Below are positions 46,801 to 58,800 of a stretch of 64,000 nucleotides of DNA, one piece after another. The notes under the pieces are model-generated. The model had not been told where the DNA came from. It saw nothing but the letters and a program-made list of their open reading frames with translations, and did not search any database. The position numbers and the translations under genes were made by a program. Numbering within the stretch: the first letter of the stretch is position 1; each line of letters starts with the position of its first letter. Source of the stretch: Octopus sinensis (lineage: Eukaryota); assembly GCF_006345805.1 (NCBI RefSeq), contig NC_043000.1:23622001-23686000 (forward strand). The letters are read 5' to 3'.

Positions 46801-49800
46801 TGTGGCCGTTGCCAGTACCGCCCGACTGGCCCTCGTGCCGGTGGCACGTAAAAGCATCCACTACACTCTCGGAGTGGTTGGCGTTAGGAAGGGCATCCAG
46901 CTGTAGAAACTCTGCCAGATCAGATTGGAGCCTGGTGCAGCCATCTGGTTCACCAGTCCTCAAACAAATTGTCCAACCCATGCTAGCATGGAAAGTGGAT
47001 TTTAAACGATGATGATGATTATGATGAGATAACCATACAGTGAATGATAATAGAGGAGATCCTTTCTGAATCATATAGACTCACACGGTTGGTTTCTTGG
47101 TTTCCATGATGAATATATTTACTCCTGTCCAGGGAGTAGATATATTCTGGATGGGACACCTGTTGTGTTGCAGTATAAAGTGAATATTGTATGCTTGTTT
47201 ACTCAAAGCTCAACCCAGACTGAGCAGCCCTGACCTTCCAGTAATATTTTCAGCCACAGTCTATCTAGGACTATATTATCTAATATATTGTTTTTCACAG
47301 AGGGCAGAGTGTGATCAGAAAGAGATTAAGCTGGTGGAATTGCAATTCTGTCCAAACTTTTATGTTAAAATGTGGGTAATTCTATATAATTGAAACACGA
47401 TCAACAAGGAGTAGCTGTGTGGTAAGAAGCTGGTTTCCCAACCACATGATTCCAGGTTGAGTCCCACTGTGTAGCACCTTGGGTGTTTCCTACTATAGCC
47501 ATGGGTGAACCAAAGCCTTGTGAGTGAATTTGGTAGACAGAAACTGAAAGAAGCTCATCGCGTGTGTATGTATGTATGTATATATATATGTGTGTGTGTG
47601 TACGTACTTATGTATGTTTGTTTTTGTCCCCCACCATCACTTGACAAACATGCAGTTTCGGGTTCAGTTCCCCAACATGTCACCTCAGGCAAATGTCATA
47701 TAGCTCCAGGCCAACTAAAGTTTGTAAGTAGATTCAGCAGATGGAAACTGAAAGAATCCTATTAGATATATATGTGTGTGTCTCCTTATATCGACATCTC
47801 ATATGATAGATGTAAATGAATGTTCTGTCATAGAAACAATGTCATTCATTTCCAATATGTTGCAATAACATGTCTGGTCTGGACATGGTAAAATACTACC
47901 TTGCTTGAAACATGTAAGTGTTAGTGACAGGAAAGGCATCTGGCTATCGAGAATCTTTTTCAATTAGCTCCATCCAATCCACATAAGCATGGAAAAGTGG
48001 ATATTAAAATCAATTAGGAATTGTGTTAAAAACATTGTTCATGTATTTTGTGTATCGTAAAACTATAATCGATTAATTAGTCTTTATGCTTTTACTTGCT
48101 TCAGTCATGTGACTGTGGCCATGCTGGAGCACTGCCTTTGGTCGAGCAAATCGATCCCAGGACTTATTCTTTGCAAGCCTAGTACTTATTCTATCAGTTT
48201 CTTTTTGCCGAACTGCTAAGTTACGGGAACGTAAACACACCAGCATCGGTTGTCAAGCAATGTTGGGGGACAAACATATACACACAAGTACATATATATA
48301 TATATATATATACACATACATACAACAGGCTTCTTTCAGTTTCCGTCTACCAAATCCACTTACAAGGCTTTGGTCAGCCCGAGGCTATAGAAGACACCTG
48401 CCCAAGATGCCATGCAGTGGGACTGAACCCAGAACCATGAGGTTCGTAAGCAAAATATATTTTAATGAAATCTTAAATGGACCCTAGTTGAGAACCAGTG
48501 ATGACGATGGTCTTTTTAACTTTCATTCAACTTACCTTTGAAGTCTCTTTGGCACAATGTTCTCCATAAAAGGTTATCTTGACTTAAAATCCATAAATGT
48601 CGACAGACTTGACTAAATTTTGAGAGGCTTTTCACATCAAGGTGACTCATGATGTTTAGCTGTTTCACAAAAGAAAAGAAAAGACATAACTCAACAGGGA
48701 TTCCTCTCTTATTGTTGCAACAGATTTGGATTTCAAAATCTTATTTCCTGTTGAGAATAAAATCTATCAGGTTTTGTGTTTACCTGATTGGCAGGTGATT
48801 GGGTGGTTGGCACATTTCCTATAAGAGATATATCAATTCTACTTAAGATATAAGGCTAAAAGTTGAGAATTTTTGTTTTAAGAATGCTTACACATCTCTT
48901 CTGATCTTTCATAACTTTTCATCCTTTTCTTCCACTTGGAGTGTGAAAAATAAATGTATGAACAAGCCCCTAGTTTTCTGCCAGTGACACGTAAAAAGCA
49001 CCATCCGAATGTGACTGATGCCAGCGACGCCTTGACTGGCTTCTGTGCCGGTGGCACGTAAAAAGCACCGACCGATTGTGGCCACTGCCAGCCTCCCCTG
49101 GTACCTCTGCCGGTGGCACGTAAAAAGCACCCACTACACTCATGGAGTGGTTGGCATTAGGAAGGGCATCCAGCTGTAGAAACACTGCCAGATCAAACTG
49201 GAGCCTGGTGCAGCCTCCTGGCTTCCCAGACCCCGGTCGAACCGTCCAACCTGTGCTAGCACAGAAAATGGATATATGATGATGATGAAAGTTGTTGTTT
49301 ATATGCATGGAGAAAAAGCCTTAAGTATTGTAAACATTCAGTATTGTAAACTCTCCAGCCATCTATTTATAACTGTATACAGCTATGGTACGACCACACT
49401 TGGAATTCGCATCATCAGTTTGGAACCCCTATCTTGCTCAGAACATTGACCTCCTGGAATCTGTCCAGAGACGTGCAACCAAACGCATACCCTCCATCAG
49501 ACACCTACCATATTCTGAGCGCCTTGTTTCCCTGGGCATGGATTCACTGAAGCTCCGGCGTCTGGCGACGGACTTGGTAAACACCCACAAAGTTATCAAC
49601 CACCTCACCAACAACACTGAACACCTTTTTGATCTCCATGTGTCTTACACACGTGGACACGCCTACAAAGTCAGAAAACAACACAGCTCCCATGACTTTC
49701 GGAAACATTTTTTCACGCTCAGAGTTGCTGAAGCATGGAATAAACTGCCTGCGTCAGTTGTTGACTGCCATGACACTGCATCCTTTAAGGCCCTCATGCT

Positions 49801-52800
49801 TTCCGAAATCCGCCGAAACTGCACCTGATTATATATACACTTTAGATGAGTTGTAGTGCACCTGAGCACTGTACACAATTATTATTATTATCATTATTAT
49901 TATTATTATTCAGTGAGAAAGCCTCAAACCTTATTATAAAAGCTTCTAGTTTTATTATTTGTAAAGCTTCTCGAAGCTGCAATGTAATCAGAACTCAATC
50001 AACAGTAATGAGAACAGCTATTTTAATATATTTTGGATTGTATAAACAGAAACTTAATGAAGTGACTAGGAAGTAAAACATCCAACAGAAACAAGATTCC
50101 TCTTTAAAACAACAGAATCATAATCTTGCAATCACTACTTGCTGACCAAATAATATGTCTAGCTTTTTCATATCCCTTTAATCAAGAGGGATGGGTAGTG
50201 CCCATAGCATTTTACAAGGCCTTTGAGGTTGGTGGAAGAGAGGAAGGAAGATAGTTTCAAATTGGAGTCCTGGCTCAAATGCTTGCAACAGAGTGGTCTC
50301 CATACATATATAAATACTCTTTTACTAGCAAACTGTAGCTAAGGTGGGGCACTGGCATTACATCGACAATAAGGATTAATATTCTTTGTTGCTGGAATTT
50401 TATGAAATGATAACAGGACATTAATGTTGAAAAAAATTAGCAAAAATGTACTTACCATGATTTCAGAATGTAAAGCAAGTAATCCTGTGTAGTCTGGAAA
50501 CCCGAGGGCTGCAAAAAATTAAGAGAGACAGATTTTATTATTGTTGTTTTCACTTTTATTTTTTTTTAACGTCCACTTTTCCTTGCTTGCTTGGATCGGA
50601 CAGAATTTAAGATGGATTTTCTATGACCAGGATGACCTTCCTATCACCAACCCTCAACTGTATCTGAACAAGGTAATATTTCCTCATGGCTGCACCATAT
50701 TCTTTTATTCTTTTACTTATTTCAGTCATTTGACTGCAGCCATGCTGGAGCACTGCCTTTAGTCGATCCTAAGACATTCTTTGTAAGCCTAGTACTTATT
50801 CTATCGATATTTCTTTTGCTGAACTGCTAAGTTACGGGGATGTAAATATACCAACATCGGTTGTTAAGCGATGTTGTGGGGACAAACACAGACACACACA
50901 CACATATATATATACGACGGACTTCTTTCAGTTTTCATCTACCAAATTCACTCATAAGGCTTTGGTTGGCCTGAGGCTATAGTAGAAAACACTTGCCCAA
51001 GGTGTCACGCAGTAGGACTGAACCTGGAACCATGTGGTTGGTAAGCAAGCTACTTATCACAAAAATAAAACAATAAAAAAATGAAGAACCACATGGTTAC
51101 AAAGTGGATTGCTCAATGACATGTTTATGTCTGCATCTTAATGTTAATAAAAATATTTAAATTTTGTCTCTGAACCATGATAAAGCCTAGGAAGATAGCT
51201 AAGCCCTAGCATCTCTAAATTTTAACCTTTCTGTAATAATATATTCTTTTATTTGTTTCAGTCATTTGACTGAGGCCATGCTGGAGCACCACTTTTAATC
51301 GAAGAAATCGACCCCAGGACTTATTCTTTGTAAGTCTAGTACCTTATTCTATTGCTTGATTTTGCTGGACTGCTAAGTTACAGGGATGTAAACACACCAG
51401 CATCGGTGGTCAAGCGATGTTGGGGGGACAAACACAGACACACAAACATACACACACACACACATATATATACGACGGACTTCTTTCAGTTTTCATCTAC
51501 CAAATTCACTCATAAGGCTTTGGTTGGCCTGAGGCTATAGTAGAAAACACTTGCCCAAGGTGTCACGCAGTAGGACTGAACCTGGAACCATGTGGTTGGT
51601 AAGCAAGCTACTTATCACAAAAATAAACAATAAAAAAATGAAGAACCACATGGTTACAAAGTGGATTGGTCAATGACATGTTTATGTCTGCATCTTAATG
51701 TTAATAAAAATATTTAAATTTTGTCTCTGAACCATGATAAAGCCTAGGAAGATAGCTAAGCCCTAGCATCTCTAGATTTTAACCTTTCTGTAATAATATA
51801 TTCTTTTATTCTTTTACTTGTTTCAGTCATTTGACTGAGGCCATGCTGGAGCACCACTTTTAATCGAAGAAATCGACCCCAGGACTTATTCTTTGTAAGT
51901 CTAGTACCTTATTCTATTGCTTGATTTTGCTGGACTGCTAAGTTACAGGGATGTAAACACACCAGCATCGGTGGTCAAGCGATGTTGGGGGGACAAACAC
52001 AGACACACAAATACATACATATATATATGTATGCATGTATGTATGTATGTAGGTATTTAGGCTTTTTTTAGTTTACGTCTACCAAATCTACTCACAAGGC
52101 TTTGGTCGGCCTGAGGCTATAGTAGAAGACACTTGCTGAAGGTGCCACACAGTGGGACTGAACCCGGAGCCATGTGGCTGGGAAGCAAACTTCTATCTAC
52201 ATTTGTTTCAATTAATTTTGAAAGTACTGAAGAATTCATTAAATTAACTTTGTCATTAAAAGCTGGTGTTGGAAATCTAAATTAACATTCAAACAGAAAG
52301 TTTTATTTTAGATCACTTTTAAAAAGGAATTTGTATCTTAGGGATAATCTCAAGCAGGTTAGTATTAAACAGGTCAAGTGTAAAAAAAAAAAGACAAGAT
52401 TTCTGGATACAGTGATGTTCTTGACATTGGAAGTGCAAGATAGAATGATTCCATGACTCAAGGTACATATTTACAGAAATAAGTTCAAAAGCCATAGGTT
52501 GACACTATTATGCTAATGAATGTAAGAGCTCCAGAGGATTTGTTAGCCTTTATTCAGGTGGCAAAGACAAGATAAAGATATGAAAGGTGAGATGTTGGCC
52601 TAGTAAGCAGCAGTGTATTCTAGCTATATACTGAGAAAAAAAACTTGTTTTAATTTCCAAATGTTTTCTCGGAAATAGCTTTGCCAGGGAATATAACGTA
52701 ATCAGAAGGGATTAGTCGAAGGGGAGCAATTTCTGCAAGACAAACATTCAGAATTTGATTTCAATCCATTTTTAACTGTTGCACCTTATTTTTGTTAACA

Positions 52801-55800
52801 AAATCCTTTACAGGTGATTTAGCATCCGTCTAATTATCTGTGGATATGTTTTGTAAAAGTAAAACAGCCAGGGTGAGAAAAGATCAGGGATCTACTACAT
52901 GAATTGGCAACAAAGAAATTCTCCTTCAGAATGAAGGACAAAGTTCAACATTGCATGGAAAGAAATGAGGTGAGCATGCTCTATTAGGGGCCAGATTTAG
53001 AAGAATTTCCTCTTCCATGGACAGTGAATAAGGTTGCCAAATTCTTGTACCGACTATTGGATTCATGTGCTGGTGGCACATAAGAAGTACCACTGAAGTG
53101 TGGTCGTTGCCAGTACTGCCTGACTAGCTCCAGTACTAGTGGCATGTAAAAAGCACCATTCAAGCGTGGTCGATGCCAGTACCGCCTGACTGGACCTCAT
53201 GCTGGTGGCACATAAAAAGCACCCACTACACTCTTGGAGTTGTTGGCGTTAGGAAGGGCATCCAGCTGTAGAAACTTTGCCAGATCAGATTGGAGCCTGG
53301 TGCAGTCTTCTAGTTTGCCAGCCCTCAGTCAAACCATCCAACCCATGCCAGCATGGAAAGCGGACGTTAAACAATACTTCATGCGTAAATGTCAAGTAAG
53401 CATGAATAATTTCAATTTTAAGTGCATCGCATCACGAAGTATGCAAAAGAGTATCATTTCACATGTTCTAGAAGTTTTTAAATTCTTATGACGAAAGCAA
53501 CACCACTCCCAATGTTGAGTTAAACAAGATGTGAAATTTGGGGGTGTGGAGCTAGAAACACATATTAACACTAGTACTTGATACTATCGTATTTTATAAA
53601 TCCCAAAACAATAGAATGTAAAGCTGAACTCCGCGATATTTGAACTTAGAATGTAAAGAACCGGAATAATCACTGCTAAGTAGTGTAGCAGAGAGGAAAC
53701 TGTATTGATACAGATATATTATTGAATGTATATGAAAGATGATAGCTGGGTAAAAAGTGCCAAAAGGTCCAAATAAAGGGAAACTACAGTAGGGGAAGGC
53801 ATGGGTAGAAGTGGTGAAGACTGATCTCAGGAAGCTAACAATAGACTGCAAACAATTGGTGGGATGCTGTGCTAGAAGATCTGATCAACTTGCAAGCATC
53901 GGAAAATGTGCATAAAATGTTGCTGCTGATGATAATGAAGGCATTTCTTTATTGCCCACAAGGGGCTAAACGTAGATGGGACAAACAAGGACAGACAAGG
54001 GGATTAAGTCAATTACATCGACCCCAGTGAGTAACTGGTACTTAATTTATCGACCCCGAAAGGATGAAAGGCAAAGTCGACCTCGGCGGAATTTGAACTC
54101 AGAACGTAACGACAGTCGGCATACCTATTTCTTTACTGCCCACAAGGGGCTACACACAAAGGGGACAGACAAACGGATTAAGTCAATCATATCGACCCCA
54201 GTGCGTAACTGGTACTTATTTAATCGACCCTGAAAGAATGAAAGGCAAAATCGACTTCAGCGGAATTTGAACTCAGAATGTAGCGGCAGACGAAATACCG
54301 GTAAGCATTTCACCCAACATGCTAACGTTTCTGCCAGCTCTCCTTCATGAAATACCTATTTCTTTATTACCCACAAGGGGCTAAGCATAGAGGGGACAAA
54401 CAAGGTCAGACAAAGGGATTAAGTCGATTATATCAACCCCAGTGCGTAACTGGTACTTATTTAATCGACCCCCCAAAAGGATGAAAGGCAAAGTCGACCT
54501 CGGTGGAATTTGAACTCAGAACGTAATGGCAGACGAAATAACGCTAAGCATTTCGCCCAGCGTATTAACGTTTCTGCCAGCTTGCCGCCCTTAAGCATTA
54601 ACAAACTACCACATTGATTCTGTTTCTGCTGTGTTCCTGTGTCTTGGGTTTCAATCTAAAGGTTGTATTTGATAATCAACCACTATATTGTGTGTCTGAG
54701 CACAGCTGATCAAACACAATTTTAAAGAAACTGTCTTTAAATCGTATTTTTCAAACAAATTTATAAAAAGCGTCAAAGTACTAACCATGTTTTAGTTCTC
54801 CCAACATACATAAGACAAAAGTATCTTTAAAAATGCGAGTCAGCTTAGACAGCTTTTGGTAGGAAGTTGTAAAAGACTCTGAAAGACAAAAACAAATGAT
54901 TTTTTTGAGAATACTTCATGCTAAAACTTTTATATTTCATGGTTAAAATTGCTTAATTTGGATGGTTAAGATATCATTAGAAATTTACATCATAAACATG
55001 ATAAAACTGAAAGTCAAAATAACACCATTTTAAAAACTGATAGTACTTAAACCAAAAGTTTTGAGAGGAAGAGAGAAGACTTTTGTTTTATCTTTTAAAC
55101 ATCTTATTTTCTTCCCAACTGCTCCCACTCCACTTTATATAATGTGGGGCAGCCATCTATCTCCTTTATAGCAAGATATCTACACTTGTTCCTCTATCAT
55201 ACTTTAGCCATTCAACACCTAGCCTAAAGCTACTCCCCCCAAATACTAACCCCCCCCACACACACACACTGATGGCAATTTTGAGGACTGAGAGAGCAAT
55301 GGCGAGAGAAATGTGTGGAGTGAAGCTGTTTGATAAGAGGAGGATTGACGATTTGATGGGGATACTGGGGTTAGAGGAACCGGTGGAACGGTTGGTGGGT
55401 GAATGGAATGAGGTGGGATGAAGAGCATGTTCTGAGGAGGGTAATTGTATTTGAGGTAAATGGAAAGCGAAAGGAAAATAGACTGAGGAAAATGTGGAGG
55501 AGACAGGTGGAGGAAGAGATTGGGAGGTTTGGCTTGAAAAAGGAGGACGCCCAAAACTGGGCAAGATGGCGAGAGGGTGTGAGAGTGGTTGCTATGGCAC
55601 TGAGGTAGATCTGGCCACCCCTGTTAACAGGGACAAAAGCCAAATTTAAAACACTGTATGATGATGATGACACACAAATACTTAGGCAAAGGGGCTTTTT
55701 TTCCTTTTCTTGTTCTCTTCCTAGCAGCCACACTAGTGCTAGTGGTTCAGAAAAAGCATTCAATACATTCAGTCAAGTGTTTGGCATTAGGAAGGGCATT

Positions 55801-58800
55801 CAGCCATAGAAAGCAATCAAAGCTGACATAGGAGCTTGATTCAGCTCTGTGCTTGCCAGATCCTGTCAAACTGTCCAACACGGAGAACAGACGTATGATG
55901 ATGATGATTTTTTTTGCCTTGGTTACAAATAGGTTTTAACCAACAGAAACCTAACAAACAGCTTTGTTTTATGCCAACCTCTGCATATATTAAGACACTT
56001 TAAAAACACAGGGATTAGAAATACCAGGGTGTATAATTTTGAATACCGATTTCATTATAAAACCACCTTTTGAAAATGAGTAATTTAGTAAAATAATTGT
56101 CGTTATTAACCAAGTATTTAAAATATAAATTAACATTAAATTTTAATGAAAAGTTTTAATTTAGATCACTTTAAAACAGGAAGTTTGTATCTGAACGAGG
56201 GTAGTCTCAGATGGGTTGGCATCAAAAGCATTAAAAAACACAAACCTGAGTTGTTCTCTTCATTGACATATTCCTTAGGGCACAAAATAGCTTTTGGTAA
56301 ACTGCTGTTTTCCACTTTAGGTGTCACAACTTTACCTAACAGCAGAAGAAAATCATATTAAATCAGTATTAATTTGTTCTGGTCTTAAAAAGTTATGCAA
56401 AACTTCCCTGACTAAAGAGAAAAATGATAGTTTTATGCAAACTTAAAGTGAATCTGATATGATTGTAATTACTTAAGTAGGTGAACCAACTTCAGGAAGT
56501 TTCAATTGGTTCATCGTTTAACGTCCACTTTCCATGCTAGCATGGGTTGGACAATTTGACTGAGGACTGGCGAACCAGAGGGCTACACCAGGCTCCGATC
56601 TGATCTGGCAGAATTTCTACAGCTGGATGCCCTTCCTAACGCCAACCACTCCGAGAGTGTAGTGGGTGCTTTTACATGCCACCGGCACGAGGGCCAGTCA
56701 GGCATTACTGGCAACGGCCACACTCAAATGGTGTTTTTTTATGTGCCAGCAGCACAGGAGCCAGTCCAGTGGCACTGGCAATGACCTTGCTCGAATGTAT
56801 TTTGGATTTGTGAAACAGGTAGAATGAGACAAAAAAGCAGATGGTGTTTAATTATATCTATTTAGAATCTGGGTTAGAATCTTGCTCAGGTAAATTTCAT
56901 CTTTCACTATTATGGAGTCAATTAATTAAAGTACGACTCAAGTACTGAAGTTCAAATAATCAACTACCATATTTGATGGTATAAATGTACTTTTTTTCTC
57001 AAAAAGATGTTTCTGAAGGATCACCCTGGGCCCTATATTACATGCTTTAGGGCACTAAAAGCATTTTTCTTCAATATGCACTGCTGACAAATTTCAGTGC
57101 ATCTAATAAATCTGTGCATCTTTCATGCCACCAAATATGGTAAATCCCTTTTTCTCAATTATTGATCTTGTGCCCAAATCAGAAATCAATATTTATTTCT
57201 TTATTGCCCACAGGGGATTAAACGTAGAGGGGACAAACAAGGACAGACAAAGAGAGAAAGTCGATTACATCGACACTAGTGCGTAACTGGTACTTATTTA
57301 ATTGACCCCAAAAGGATCAAAGGCAACGTCGACAACAGCGGAATTTGAACTCAGAATGTAGGGGCAGACAAAATACCTATTTCTTTACTACCCACAAGGG
57401 GCTACTCACAGAGGGACAAACAAGGACAGACAAACGGATTAAGTCGATTACATTGACCCCAGTGCGTAACTGGTACTTATTTAATCGACCCGAAAGGATG
57501 AAAGGCAAAGTCGACCTCAGCAGAATTTGAACTCAGAACATAATGGCAGACGAAATACTGCTAAGCATTTCACCCGGCGTGCTAACGTTTCTGCCAGCTG
57601 GCCGCCTTAAAAATCAATATTATTCATGTTTCACATTATACACATTAAACTGTGAATGGGTGATGGAACTAAGATGGTGGTACTTATTTGAAGTACATAT
57701 TTATGTCATTTCAGTCAACTAATTGGAAAAATAATGGCTTTGATGAAATTCATACAAATACCTTAATTTTCAAACATTATCAGGTGCAGGTGTGGCTGTG
57801 TAGTAAGAAGCCTGCTTCCCAACCACATGGCACCATGAGCAAGTGTCCTCTATTCTAGTTCAGACCAACCAAAGCTTGTGAGTGAATTTAGCAGATAGAA
57901 ACTGAAAGAAGCCCATTGTATGTATATATATATATATACATGTGTGTATAACTTGGCGTTAGGAAGGGCATCCAGCTGTAGAAACACTGCCAGATAAGAC
58001 TGGAGCTTGGTGCAGCCTTCTGGCTTTCCAGATCCCTGGTCGAACCGTCCAACCCATGCTAGCATGGAGAACGGACGTTAAACGATGATGATGATGATGT
58101 GATTGATGCCAGGGTTGCCTGACTAGCTCCTGTACCAGTGACACTAAAAAGCACCCATTACACTCACGGAGTGGTTGGTGCTAGGAAGGGCATCCAGCTG
58201 TAGAAACCTTGCCAGATCAGACTGGAGCCTGGTGCAACCTCCTGGTTTGCAGGTCCTCTAACCCATGCTAGCATGGAAAGCAGATGTTAAATGATGATGA
58301 TATAATATTTATTCTTATCTATGTTATATTGGAGAATAGAGATTATTGAGTTGGTTGTGTAGTGGAGAAGTAACGAGTTAGAAATCTGTACACTGTTACT
58401 AGATTTGTATGTTTGTGGACAATATTCTAAAATCAGCTCTCAATAGCTAACTTCACAGAGTTCTACAAAAGGCACCACTGGTTGGTGGCATGATTTACTT
58501 AGTAGACAACAGCAGCAGTGTGGTACCAATGAGACCAACGAGAGATCATTTAGTGGTTGTTTGACTGCTAGAAATAGCAACCAAATTTCCCTTAAATTTC
58601 AACCTGCTACCTTGAAAAGGAGGAGACATTTAATAATGTAGTCCTAGATACACAATGAAGGCACATGGCTCAGTGGTTAGAGCATCGAGCTTACGATTGC
58701 GAGGTTGTGAGTTCGAATCCCGGACCAGGATGCGTGTTATGTTCTTGAGCAAGACACTTTATTTCATGTTGCTCCAGTTCACTCAGCTGCAGAAATGAGT

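Noticed and set aside
48660-48710. In-frame intronic GIPVELCL upstream of the F-box exon, resembling LPxEL
   Set aside because: It overlaps the polypyrimidine tract, has an in-frame stop upstream and has no good acceptor. The 53-nt exon at 50456-50508 supplies this segment with strong splice sites.
52390-53040. Possible processed FBXO7 pseudogene (LSLPPE and IPSDYV-like words on -)
   Set aside because: The frames break repeatedly and the match is superficial. The + strand near 52870-52980 resembles a decayed RTE RT (KIRDLLHELATKKFSFRMK), so this is more likely LINE debris.
58660-58730. tRNA-like sequences at SINE heads (also 60408, 43130, 12070, 63412)
   Set aside because: A and B boxes are present, but there is no complementary acceptor stem. 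They continue into SINE bodies, three of which have clear TSDs.
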